A stretch of 64,000 nucleotides of DNA. Source: Bacteroidota bacterium. Lineage in GTDB: Bacteria; Bacteroidota; Bacteroidia; UKL13-3. Each line of letters starts with the position of its first letter. The stretch's first letter is position 1. Both the position numbers and the translations under genes were made by a program. Location: assembly GCA_947457395.1 (NCBI GenBank), contig CANGVA010000001.1, forward strand, positions 195,687 to 259,686. Reading direction: 5' to 3'. The notes beneath the pieces are model-generated. The model was not told where the DNA came from and searched no databases. It saw nothing but the letters and a program-made list of their open reading frames with translations. Of the stretch, positions 28,406 through 38,646 are shown piece after piece.

Positions 28406-29264
28406 TCAAACCATAGAAACGCCTATTCAAGTAATTGATTGGTTAGCATGGACAAAGCTTGGTGTGCAGGTAAGCATTAAGCGGGAGGATACCATACATC
28501 CATTTATCTCTGGTAATAAGTGGCGTAAATTGAAATATGTTTTGCAGGAAGCTAGAGTAAATAACAAAACGCATCTGGTTAGCTTTGGCGGTGCATATTC
28601 TAATCATCTGGTAGCATTGGCAAATGCAGGTGCTCAATATGGTTTTAAAACAACTGCTTTTGTTAGAGGCGAGGAGGTACACAATCATATGCTTGGTTTA
28701 TGCAAATGTTGGGGAATGGAATTGATTTTTGTATCGCGTGATGCATATCGCAATAAGCAAAAACTATTTGATGACTATTCCGGCACGAGTAAGCAAATGC
28801 TGATGATAGATGAAGGAGGCAGAGGCGCATCAGCTGCCAAAGGCTGTGAAGAGATATTAGATGATGTAGAAGGTTACACACATGTATGCTGCGCTGTAGG
28901 AACAGGCACCACGTTGGCCGGACTAGCAATTGCTGCGCAACGAAAAAATATAATAGCAGAAGGATTTTGCGTTTTAAAAGGTGCTGAAGAAATAGAAGAT
29001 GATATCCGCGTACTTACGAATAAACATACGTCATTTGTTATGCATCATCAGTTTCATTTTGGCGGTTATGCCAAATCAGACGAGGCCATGATGCCTTTTA
29101 TACAAACATTTGCCAAAGAAACGGGGATATTGCTTGATCAGGTTTATACAGCAAAAATGGTAAGAGGAGTAGATGAACTGATAAAGCAAGGCCATTACCC
29201 CTATGGTAGTAAGATTTTACTCATACATACCGGAGGCTTGCTGGGTTTATTATCTATGATTTAA
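28398..29264 (+). CDS. ACC deaminase / D-cysteine desulfhydrase family PLP enzyme
   Basis: KRED..SGNKWRKL, FGGAYSNH, GTGTTLAG, GGYA, VYTAK, HTGG. Confidence 0.92.
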   Translation: MFSQTIETPIQVIDWLAWTKLGVQVSIKREDTIHPFISGNKWRKLKYVLQEARVNNKTHLVSFGGAYSNHLVALANAGAQYGFKTTAFVRGEEVHNHMLGLCKCWGMELIFVSRDAYRNKQKLFDDYSGTSKQMLMIDEGGRGASAAKGCEEILDDVEGYTHVCCAVGTGTTLAGLAIAAQRKNIIAEGFCVLKGAEEIEDDIRVLTNKHTSFVMHHQFHFGGYAKSDEAMMPFIQTFAKETGILLDQVYTAKMVRGVDELIKQGHYPYGSKILLIHTGGLLGLLSMI

Positions 29265-30376
29265 AGTTGGCGCAGTTTTAATAGTTTCTCGGTTGATTTT
29301 AATCCGTGCCCACTAAAAAGTGAAACTACCGTTTCATTTTCTGATCGCAGCAGATATTTTTTAAGACCTGCTATGGTTGCAGCAGAGGTTGGTTCAATAT
29401 AAAAACCTTGTCCAAGCATTTCACGCAATGCATCAATAATTTCATCTTCAGTAACTGTAATAAATTGACCTTTACTTTCATTCACAGCCGATAACATTTG
29501 TGCGCCTCTTACCGGAGCTGCTATAGCAATACCTTCTGCAAGCGTATGCAGTGAAGTAACGGCTGCCGGCTGGGTTTGCTTAAGTTCAAATGCCTTAGCC
29601 AATGGGGCACAATTTGCGCTTTGTACGGCAACAAGTTTAGGCATCTGGTGTATGATGCCTGCTTTTAATAAATCATGAAAACCTATATGACAGCCCAGCA
29701 ATAATGTTCCATTTCCTGCAGGTAATACAAGCGCATCAGGGGCTTTCCAACCCAATTGTTCGCAAACCTCATAGGCAAATGTTTTGGTGCCATGCATAAA
29801 AAAAGGATGGTAGCAATGGCTGGCATAATAATGCAGTGAAGCAGCCTTTAATGCAGCAGCAGCAGTAGCTTCTCTCGAGCCTTTTATTTTTATAATTTTG
29901 GCACCATTCCATTCCATCTGAGCCAGTTTGGCTTCAGCTGTATCTTCCGGAACATAAATATCACAGGCAATGCCGGCTCTGGCTGCATAGGCAGCAACCG
30001 CACAGCCTGCATTCCCGGATGAATCCTGCACAACTTTTTTTATTTTTAGATGGTTTACATGACTCATCATTACGGTTGCTCCCCTGTCTTTATAAGAGCC
30101 TGTTGCAAATAGCTGCTCCTGTTTAATTAGGGCTTTTTTGTTACTAAAGCTTACCTCAAGCAAGGGTGTAAATCCCTCATCAAAACTCACAATATCCGCA
30201 TCGTATAAAACTGGTAAGGCTTCTCTGTATCTCCATAAATTGGGTTTGCGTTTTTCAATAGCTGAAATGGGAAAGCCGGCTTCAAATTCAAGATCAAGTA
30301 GATATCCGTTCCTGCCAACATAGTTGGCATATGCTGCATCTAACTGCTCATGTGTAACCTGTTCCTTAAAATTCAT
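29261..30376 (-). CDS. thrC: Threonine synthase-like fold-II PLP enzyme
   Basis: LWRY, EGFTPL, TGSYKDRG (PLP Lys), DSSGNAG, PAGNG, TLAEGIAI, EPTSA, SGHGLK. Confidence 0.75.
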   Translation of the reverse strand: MNFKEQVTHEQLDAAYANYVGRNGYLLDLEFEAGFPISAIEKRKPNLWRYREALPVLYDADIVSFDEGFTPLLEVSFSNKKALIKQEQLFATGSYKDRGATVMMSHVNHLKIKKVVQDSSGNAGCAVAAYAARAGIACDIYVPEDTAEAKLAQMEWNGAKIIKIKGSREATAAAALKAASLHYYASHCYHPFFMHGTKTFAYEVCEQLGWKAPDALVLPAGNGTLLLGCHIGFHDLLKAGIIHQMPKLVAVQSANCAPLAKAFELKQTQPAAVTSLHTLAEGIAIAAPVRGAQMLSAVNESKGQFITVTEDEIIDALREMLGQGFYIEPTSAATIAGLKKYLLRSENETVVSLFSGHGLKSTEKLLKLRQL

Positions 30377-30720
30377 TTGTTAGGATACAATCATTTTTTA
30401 AATTTAAACTGCTGAAAAGAGCTTATTTACATCGGAAAAGTAATACAAAAAGCATAATAGCAGAAAAATAGCTGGTAATTGGAACCTTAAAATGAAGGCC
30501 TAATGAACAGCCACTGACTTATTGATAAAATCTATAACATAGGATGGCGCAGCGTTACCAATTATTAAATAAATGAAATACAGCGTTATATATTTTTCAG
30601 TCGTATCTTTTTTACCTGAAAATAATGGTCACTATTGTGGCAGTGAGGGTATAAAAATGTAATCTTTCTTAAAATGTTGATTTGGGGGTTTCTTAAGAAA
30701 ATATTAAGAAGCTACTATTA

Positions 30721-30728
30721 TAAATTTG
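30721..30728 (+). promoter_or_regulatory. -7 box TAAATTTG preceded by TTAAGA-N5-TTAAGA direct repeat (30693-30709)
   Basis: Exact TAnnTTTG, 38 nt before ATG 30767. Confidence 0.6.
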
Positions 30729-30766
30729 TTCGCAAATCAAATGAAACAATTAAACCAAATTACTAT

Positions 30767-33700
30767 ATGAATACTATGCATTATTTAAAAGCAACTGCAT
30801 TGAAATTGCTTGTTCCTGCCTTGCTTTTGCTGTTTGGATCTATTTTTCAGCAAGCAGAAGCAACGCACGTGGTAGGTAGTGATATTAGTTATGAGTGCGT
30901 GGAAGGTGCTCCTCCCGGTACTTTTCGTATACGCCTGGTGCTATATCGAGATTGTATAGGTATCCCGATGTGTCCGGGCAATTGTGGTGCGCCATGTTCT
31001 CGTACTGTTCAGATCCAGGGGGCAGATCCATCGTGTAATGGTCAAACATTTGGTAACGTTACTGTAAATCTAGTGAATGTAAGGGATGTAAACCCCAATC
31101 CTGATTGCCCTACATCCAAGAGTACTTGTACCAATATGGGTTGCGTTACTCCAGGCCCTTTTACCCCTGCTGTTGAGCGGTATGAATTTACAGGTATTGT
31201 AAATCTTAATCAAATAGGCATACCTGCCAGTTGTTGTAATGTACGCATTGTTTGGCAGGAGTGTTGCAGAAATGGTGCAATTAGCACAGGCGCATCTAAT
31301 CAAAACTTTTATATGGAAGCCATTGTGAATCGTTGTCTTTCATCCAATCCCTGCAACGGCTCACCTCAGCTGAGTAACGACCCTTATGCTTTTGCCTGCG
31401 GTGGGCAACCATTCACATTTAATAATGGTGCAATTGACCCAGATCTTGATTCATTGACATACTCCTTTGCTCCTGCGCTGCAAGGTCCAGGTGCATCTGT
31501 TACCTATATCCCTCCATACAGTGCACAAACCCCAATGCCTTGGACAGGACCTGCTTCCGGTGTTTTTCCTGCCGGTATTTCTTGTGATCCAAACACAGGT
31601 GATATTATGTTTACCGCACCAATGGGCGGTGGAGGATTGATTATTGGAGTAATGGCAATAGAGGTCCGACAATGGCGCACAATTAATGGTGTTCCAACTG
31701 TAATTGGTATTACCCGAAGAGATATTCAAATGGTAGTGCTCCAGTGCCCGCCAAATAATCCCCCAAGAATTGCAACCCGACCGAGTAACCCCGGCAATCA
31801 ACCCCGAACCAGCTGGAGTATATGTGCCGGAGACCAGCTGTGCTTTGATATTGTTGCCAAGGATACGGATTTTCTTCCGCCTACTATTTCCGATACCACC
31901 AAATTGGGATGGAATGCTGCCTTGGCAAGGTTTGGTGCTACCTTTACACCAAATTATAATCCAACACAGCGCAAGTTATTAGGGCCAAGAGAAGACGACT
32001 TTAAATTTTGCTGGCAACCTGCAGAAAATTTAGCAAGTACAACGCCTTATTATTTCACGGTAACAGCTAAGGATAACCGTTGCCCCTTACCCGGCACCAT
32101 TACAAGGGCTTTTAATATTAGGGTATTGGCAAAGCCCGATGTGTTAATACAGAAAATTCCATCTAATTGCGGTAAGTGGGCAGTCAGATATAATTTGCCA
32201 GTAAATAAACCCGTCCAGTCATTTGTGCTTCGAACCTGGCAAATTTCTAAAGAGCCATTTGATTATGCATTTATAAACGGATCGCATCAATTTAATAATG
32301 TGCAGCAAACGTCAGTCATTAATTTTACTAAAGGTGGTAAATATCTGGTAATGCTCAATATGGCCAGTCCCGGCCCTGCCGGCTCACCGCCATGCATAAA
32401 AACATTTTATGATACCTTAACTGTTGATACCCCGGTTGCCCCATCTATCAGAGATACATTTGTATGTATTGGCAATTCTGTTATGTTGCAGGCTAGAGCA
32501 AGATTTGGCAAACCTGCTTATCAATTCCGGTGGTTTAATAGCATCAGTGATACCATTGTACCATTAAATGCTCCTCCACTAACCATTGGTAACCTAATGG
32601 TTGCTCCTGCTCAAACCAGAAAATATACGTTACAGGTAAGAGATCAGGAAGGTTGCAGGGTTTATGACTCCATAACGGTTCAGGTCAGACGCTTGCCTAT
32701 TGGTACACTGCCTGATTCTACCCGATTATGTTTTGGGGACAGTGTAACGATGAATCCGGGTAATGACGGAGGCAGGGTGCGGCAATTCTTATGGAGCACC
32801 GGAGATACACTGCAGCAAATTACACGTGGCGATTCCAATACCTATACTGTCAGGTTAATTGACACCTCCGGTTGTATTCAGTTTGATACCATGAAGGTTT
32901 TTGTGAATAGACCAATTATACCAAATGCAGGTTTGGATACTGCTATATGCTCCGGAGATACCGCAACATTAATAGGCTCCGGAGGCCAACTGTATATGTG
33001 GCGCAATATAACCACCAATACGCTGCTATCTCCAAAGTCTCATAACCGCACCGTGCGCGTTAATCCGGTTAATGTAACCGTGCCCACGCAGTATGAACTT
33101 ACGGTTTATCAAAGTTATCCGGACACAACAAGCCGGTATAAAGAATGCTTCAACATAGATACAGTTGTTGTGGCGGTCCGACCGTTGCCGGTGCTAACCC
33201 GACCGCAACCTGTGCAGGCCTGTAAGTCTACCAACCTTATTAACGCACCAATATTTGGTGTGAATCAACCCGGTGGTGTAGGTATATGGAGTTATCCAAG
33301 AGCACCAGGAGCAATTGTTAACGGAGCGGTGATTCAATTCAGGGTTGACAGTCTGAAGAATATTCCAAATAAAGACACCATCATGTCTTTTGACAACTGG
33401 TTGGTTTATCGTTATACCGCTCCTGCTAGTTTTGGCGGTTGTACCCGCACAGATTCGAGTATCGTACGCATTTTTGGAAATCCACGGGTAAACGCAGGCC
33501 CTACATTAATATGGTGTGAAAATGGCGGTATTTATAATATAACTTCTTTTAATCAGAAGTACTTGCCAACAGGAAATGCTACGCAAGAAGAATGGACTGG
33601 AAATGGAATTTATTCTCAGGTGGTAGGTATAAATAGGCTTCATTATTTTAACCCGAATTTACCGGGTGTAATTAAGTCCCCTGGGTTCAATATACAGAAG

Positions 33701-35551
33701 TATAGATATACCCATATCTATAATGCAAGTAACCCTGCCACCCGTATAGATTGTGCCAATGAAGATACTGTAATTTTCCGCGTTATTGAGATACCTCAAA
33801 TAGATGCAGGTAGCAATATTATTGTATGTAAATATGAACCTGAATTTATTATTGGTCAGAAGGCGGGTGCTAATACTATACCATTTACCGGTGCAAGCTA
33901 CTGGCGTCCTGCTAATACAACCATTAATCCTGCTATGCGAGATACAGTTCCGGGTGCCGGTGGTAATGGATGGTCAAAGTTTTTTGCCGGTTCTACTGCA
34001 ATTCCTAATCCTGCACCACCAGCTTTTCCAACCAATACCGTAACATACAAAATGTATTATGAAGATCGTTCAACCGGGTGTTTGGTGCGAGACAGTATTA
34101 ATCTTACAGTTGCACGTGTGCCGCAGATTGACGTAGTTTTCAGCAATCCTGCAGCAGATTCACCGTTGGTTTGCTTAAGTAAAGGAGATGTATTTTTTAA
34201 TTGCTTCGTAAATGGCAATTTAAATAGCAATGGTGTATACGGTGGAAGTCCGGCTTTTATTAAGAATACCAGTGGGACAATACCGGGAAATGCTATTTTC
34301 AATACACTTCATAGCTCTGTTCAACCAAATAATATGATGATTTATAGTTGGACAGACAAATCAACGCAGGCAGAATGTGTTAGTTCAGATACCGTCTATA
34401 TAAGAACCCAGGTACCTCCAACCATTAGTGTTACTCCGGGTGGTGCCATTTGTGCTTATGATGACACTATTGCGGTTTCAGTAGCATCCATTGGTACAGG
34501 TTATACACATACATGGAGCGTGATGGCTCCTGGCAGCGGTGCATTTACAAACGATCAGGCAATGGCTACCAGCTATAGGCCCAGCACATCAGATAAAACA
34601 GCTGGAACAATTTGGGTAAAGGCTACTACCAATCCCAAAGAGAAATGTCCTGTAGTTTCAGATAGTACACAGCTTACCATTAATCCGGTACCTACAGCCA
34701 ATGCGTTGAATGATACTGCCGGTTGTTTGCCTATTACTGCTAATTTCGTTGCAGGCCCTACAAATATTGCAACACCTGTAAATTACAGCTGGCGCTGGAT
34801 TACCCCAGGAGGAGGAACATCCTCAGCCAATAGCATCAGCAGGTCATTTGCTACGTATCAAAACAATGGCTTACATGTAGGAGAACTTACTGTAACCAGT
34901 CAGGTAGGCAATTGTATTGACATCGATACCTTTACCGTAAGAACACATGCGGTGCCGAAGGCAGATTTTTCAATGGACCCACCAAATGGAAAAACAACCA
35001 TAGCCAAGCCGTTTTTTAATTACTATGACCAATCTACAGTGGAAGACAATAGCAACATGAGTTTCTTGTGGATGTTAGGACCTGAATTATTTGACTCTAC
35101 TAAAATCAGGACTTCAACAGAAAGAAATCCAATGAATATAGAATACAACCCTGATGTAGGTGGTAGAGATATCTGGCTAAAAGTTACCACGGAGCATGGT
35201 TGCGTGGATTCTACCTCCAGACGCATTGTAATAGACCCGGATATTACGGTTTTTATACCCAATGCATTCTTCCCCGGTTCAGGTGTGAATTGTCGTGATG
35301 GTGAACTTTGTAACCGTGTGTTTAAGGTTGCAGCTGATGGTCACTTGTCAATCGAGATTTTCATCTTTAACCGTTGGGGTCAGCAGGTATATTATAGCAA
35401 AGATGCAGAAGAAGGCTGGAACGGGAAAATGAACAATGGAAAAGACGGAGGTCAAGATTGCCCGCAGGAGGTATATATCTATCAGGTAAATGCAACCAGT
35501 TTTAATGGTAAGCAATATCGTTACTCGGGCTCTGTTACCTTGTTAAGATAA
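30767..35551 (+). CDS. Large Cys-rich surface protein with Ig/PKD-like repeats and T9SS type-B CTD
   Basis: Signal peptide ..AEA|THVVGSDISYEC, LYRDC; many C..DT/DS Ig-like units; C-terminus FIPNAF..IFNRWG..GWNGK..VYIY..GSVTLLR. Start 30767 or 30776. Confidence 0.9.
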   Translation: MNTMHYLKATALKLLVPALLLLFGSIFQQAEATHVVGSDISYECVEGAPPGTFRIRLVLYRDCIGIPMCPGNCGAPCSRTVQIQGADPSCNGQTFGNVTVNLVNVRDVNPNPDCPTSKSTCTNMGCVTPGPFTPAVERYEFTGIVNLNQIGIPASCCNVRIVWQECCRNGAISTGASNQNFYMEAIVNRCLSSNPCNGSPQLSNDPYAFACGGQPFTFNNGAIDPDLDSLTYSFAPALQGPGASVTYIPPYSAQTPMPWTGPASGVFPAGISCDPNTGDIMFTAPMGGGGLIIGVMAIEVRQWRTINGVPTVIGITRRDIQMVVLQCPPNNPPRIATRPSNPGNQPRTSWSICAGDQLCFDIVAKDTDFLPPTISDTTKLGWNAALARFGATFTPNYNPTQRKLLGPREDDFKFCWQPAENLASTTPYYFTVTAKDNRCPLPGTITRAFNIRVLAKPDVLIQKIPSNCGKWAVRYNLPVNKPVQSFVLRTWQISKEPFDYAFINGSHQFNNVQQTSVINFTKGGKYLVMLNMASPGPAGSPPCIKTFYDTLTVDTPVAPSIRDTFVCIGNSVMLQARARFGKPAYQFRWFNSISDTIVPLNAPPLTIGNLMVAPAQTRKYTLQVRDQEGCRVYDSITVQVRRLPIGTLPDSTRLCFGDSVTMNPGNDGGRVRQFLWSTGDTLQQITRGDSNTYTVRLIDTSGCIQFDTMKVFVNRPIIPNAGLDTAICSGDTATLIGSGGQLYMWRNITTNTLLSPKSHNRTVRVNPVNVTVPTQYELTVYQSYPDTTSRYKECFNIDTVVVAVRPLPVLTRPQPVQACKSTNLINAPIFGVNQPGGVGIWSYPRAPGAIVNGAVIQFRVDSLKNIPNKDTIMSFDNWLVYRYTAPASFGGCTRTDSSIVRIFGNPRVNAGPTLIWCENGGIYNITSFNQKYLPTGNATQEEWTGNGIYSQVVGINRLHYFNPNLPGVIKSPGFNIQKYRYTHIYNASNPATRIDCANEDTVIFRVIEIPQIDAGSNIIVCKYEPEFIIGQKAGANTIPFTGASYWRPANTTINPAMRDTVPGAGGNGWSKFFAGSTAIPNPAPPAFPTNTVTYKMYYEDRSTGCLVRDSINLTVARVPQIDVVFSNPAADSPLVCLSKGDVFFNCFVNGNLNSNGVYGGSPAFIKNTSGTIPGNAIFNTLHSSVQPNNMMIYSWTDKSTQAECVSSDTVYIRTQVPPTISVTPGGAICAYDDTIAVSVASIGTGYTHTWSVMAPGSGAFTNDQAMATSYRPSTSDKTAGTIWVKATTNPKEKCPVVSDSTQLTINPVPTANALNDTAGCLPITANFVAGPTNIATPVNYSWRWITPGGGTSSANSISRSFATYQNNGLHVGELTVTSQVGNCIDIDTFTVRTHAVPKADFSMDPPNGKTTIAKPFFNYYDQSTVEDNSNMSFLWMLGPELFDSTKIRTSTERNPMNIEYNPDVGGRDIWLKVTTEHGCVDSTSRRIVIDPDITVFIPNAFFPGSGVNCRDGELCNRVFKVAADGHLSIEIFIFNRWGQQVYYSKDAEEGWNGKMNNGKDGGQDCPQEVYIYQVNATSFNGKQYRYSGSVTLLR

Positions 35552-35572
35552 CAACCGCCATAAGAGATAGAA

Positions 35573-35608
35573 GAAACGGGATGCTGATTTATATCAGTGT
35601 CCCGTTTT
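35573..35608 (+). terminator. Intrinsic terminator hairpin
   Basis: gaaacgggatgctgat-ttat-atcagtgtcccgtttt; 16-bp stem with G-U pairs, after stop 35551. Confidence 0.75.
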
Positions 35609-35669
35609 CGTTTAAGTGATTGCTGAAAGTGAATACAGAAATTTTATATCTTGCTGCAAATTGCATGCA

Positions 35670-38642
35670 ATGAAAAAATTTGTTTTTCTTTTGTTTTCCT
35701 TCGTTTACCTTCATACAAACGCACAGGAAACCTTTCCGGTAAATGGGCCTTATAACTCTCAAATGCAGTTTGATGCATTTGTAAATGCAACCATCCAGGT
35801 TGATGAGCAAACAAAAGTTAGCAATGCCACGCTCATTATTAAAAATGGTAAAATTGAAAAAGTAGGCATCAACCTAATTCCTCCTGCAGGAGCCAACATT
35901 CATGATATGAAAGGGCGTTATATTTATCCAGCTTTTGTCGAATTGTGCTCAGGTTCGGTTACCACTCCAAAAAACCAACATACAAACAAGGCCGATTTAC
36001 CTTTCCTATCATCTAAGCTCGGAGCATATTACTGGAACGAAGCTATTAAACCGGAGGTACACGCTGTGAATTATTTTACATCAGATGAAAAGCATTCAGC
36101 ATACCTAAGGGCTTGTGGTTTTGGCTCAGTATTGGCACATGTTGATGATGGTATATACAGAGGTACGGCTGTACTTGCCACTACCGGTAATGCAGCAAAT
36201 GAACATGAGCTCATTATCAAAGAAAAAGCAGCCTCTGTTTTATCTTTTAAAAAGGGCAATTCATCACAAGATTATCCCTCATCAATGATGGGAACCGTGG
36301 CATTGTTGCGACAAACGTATTATGATGCTCGCTGGTACGGTAATCAAACTACAGAGAAAAATCTGAGTCTTCAGGCATTTAATGAGCAGCAGGCTTTGCC
36401 TCAGATTTTTATTGCCAATCATAAACTGAATGTATTTCGTGCAGATAAAATTGCTGATGAGTTTAACATAAACTATATCATCAAAGGAGCAGGCGATGAA
36501 TACCAGCGTATCAGTGAAATAAAAGCAACAAAGGCGCCACTTATTGTTCCTGTAAATTTCCCAAAGCCATATGAAGTGAGCGACCCTTATGATGCAGATT
36601 TCATTTCACTTGGTGATTTAAAGCATTGGGAGATGGCGCCATCAAATTTATCTGCATTGTATGCGGCACAGATTGAATGTGCCATTACTGCAGATGGATG
36701 TAAGGATGCAGCTACTTTTCTAAAGAATTTAAGAAAAGCGTATAAAAATGGGGCTACCTCACAACAGTTACTACGCTCATTAACCACCATTCCTGCCAGA
36801 CTCATTAAAATGGACCAGCAACTGGGAGCCATTAAACCCGGTATGATGGCCAACCTTATAATAACCAATGGTGATTTATTTAATGAAGAAACCCAAATAC
36901 TTTCAGTTTGGACAAAGGGAGTTAAGCATACCGTTGAAAACCTTTCTGAAACCAAACTGGCCGGCACATATCAGATTCAAATGGGTAATAATGAAACATT
37001 GCAACTTAAAGCCAAAACAAAAGACGGGAAACAGGTTTATCAAATAATAAGTGGTAACGATACCATGCAAGCACAGGTTCAACTTGCGCAACTGGTTAGT
37101 ATTACTTATCCGGTTTCTAAAAGCAACTCATTTACACAACAACTTACGGCTTATGTATTAAAGTTAGATAGCAGCAATTACCCCTATACCATTCAATCAT
37201 TACAGGGAGAAGTAGTATTGCAAAATGGCAGCCGTGTGGCATGTAATATCAAATTAGTAGCACCATATGTAGATGAGAAGGTTTTGCCCGTAGAGAAAAA
37301 AAATCAAGGCACAGGAAAAGTATTATATCCATTTACGGAATATGGCTATGAAGATCTGAAAGTGGCGGAAACAGTATTGTTTAAAAATGCTACCGTATGG
37401 ACAAATGAAAAAGAAGGAATAATGAGTGAAGCAGATGTGGCGATTAAAGAAGGTAAAATTATTGCTGTAGGAAAAAATATTACCCTGCCCGGTGCAAAAA
37501 TAATTGACGCAACGGGCAAGCACCTTACCACCGGCATTATTGATGAGCATTCACATATAGCCATCACGCAAGGCGTAAATGAAGGTACACAAGCCATAAC
37601 CAGTGAGGTAAGAATTGGTGATGCAGTAAACAGTGAAGACATTAATATATACAGGCAATTGGCAGGTGGGGTAGTAGCTGCGCAATTATTGCACGGATCT
37701 GCAAATCCCATTGGTGGGCAAAGTGCACTGATTAAATTAAGATGGGGCTTACCGCCTGAACAAATGAAAATTGAAGGTGCAGACGGTTTTATCAAATTTG
37801 CTTTGGGTGAAAATGTGAAACAAAGCAACTGGGGCGACAGGGCAACCATTCGTTATCCGCAAACACGTATGGGTGTGGAGCAGATGATGATGGATGGATT
37901 TACACGAGCTAGGCAGTATGAATTAGAATTAAAACGCAATCCTAATATCAGAAAAGATCTGGAACTGGAGGCACTGCTCGAAATTTTACAGAGTAAACGA
38001 TTTATCAGTTGCCACTCTTACGTGCAATCAGAGATTAATATGCTCATGCATTTAGCCGATTCGTTCGGATTTCGCGTAAACACGTTCACTCATATTTTGG
38101 AAGGCTACAAAATTGCCGATAAAATGAAAAAGCATGGTGTATATGCCAGTACCTTTGCCGACTGGTGGGCATATAAATATGAAGTGATTGATGCCATACC
38201 ATTTAATGCTGCTATTTTAAACAAAGTTGGGGTGCTCACTGCAGTTAATTCCGATGATGCTGAGATGGGGAGACGACTTAATCAGGAAGCGGCAAAAATT
38301 GTAAAGTACGGAGGATTATCGGAAGAAGAAGCATGGAAGATGGTTTCGCTAAATCCGGCAAAAATGCTACACCTGGATACTAGAATGGGCTCTGTAAAAG
38401 TTGGTAAAGATGCTGATATTGTGCTTTGGAACAATCATCCCTTAAGTATTTATGCCCAGCCTGAATATACCTACGTTGATGGCAGATGCTTGTATAGCAA
38501 AGAGCAAGATGTATTATTAAGAGCATCTATACAAAAAGAACGTATGCGCATTATTGCAGCTATGCAAGCCGCAAAAGCCAGCGGTGAAAAGGCAGAACAA
38601 CATGTTTCTGAAACAGATCCTAATTATCACTGCGAAGATTAA
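35670..38642 (+). CDS. Secreted two-domain amidohydrolase family protein
   Basis: Signal peptide from MKKFVF; degenerate N-terminal domain and intact C-terminal domain (IIDEHSH, SCHSY, FTHILEG, NSDD, GKDADIVLW). Confidence 0.9.
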   Translation: MKKFVFLLFSFVYLHTNAQETFPVNGPYNSQMQFDAFVNATIQVDEQTKVSNATLIIKNGKIEKVGINLIPPAGANIHDMKGRYIYPAFVELCSGSVTTPKNQHTNKADLPFLSSKLGAYYWNEAIKPEVHAVNYFTSDEKHSAYLRACGFGSVLAHVDDGIYRGTAVLATTGNAANEHELIIKEKAASVLSFKKGNSSQDYPSSMMGTVALLRQTYYDARWYGNQTTEKNLSLQAFNEQQALPQIFIANHKLNVFRADKIADEFNINYIIKGAGDEYQRISEIKATKAPLIVPVNFPKPYEVSDPYDADFISLGDLKHWEMAPSNLSALYAAQIECAITADGCKDAATFLKNLRKAYKNGATSQQLLRSLTTIPARLIKMDQQLGAIKPGMMANLIITNGDLFNEETQILSVWTKGVKHTVENLSETKLAGTYQIQMGNNETLQLKAKTKDGKQVYQIISGNDTMQAQVQLAQLVSITYPVSKSNSFTQQLTAYVLKLDSSNYPYTIQSLQGEVVLQNGSRVACNIKLVAPYVDEKVLPVEKKNQGTGKVLYPFTEYGYEDLKVAETVLFKNATVWTNEKEGIMSEADVAIKEGKIIAVGKNITLPGAKIIDATGKHLTTGIIDEHSHIAITQGVNEGTQAITSEVRIGDAVNSEDINIYRQLAGGVVAAQLLHGSANPIGGQSALIKLRWGLPPEQMKIEGADGFIKFALGENVKQSNWGDRATIRYPQTRMGVEQMMMDGFTRARQYELELKRNPNIRKDLELEALLEILQSKRFISCHSYVQSEINMLMHLADSFGFRVNTFTHILEGYKIADKMKKHGVYASTFADWWAYKYEVIDAIPFNAAILNKVGVLTAVNSDDAEMGRRLNQEAAKIVKYGGLSEEEAWKMVSLNPAKMLHLDTRMGSVKVGKDADIVLWNNHPLSIYAQPEYTYVDGRCLYSKEQDVLLRASIQKERMRIIAAMQAAKASGEKAEQHVSETDPNYHCED

Positions 38643-38646
38643 ATAT

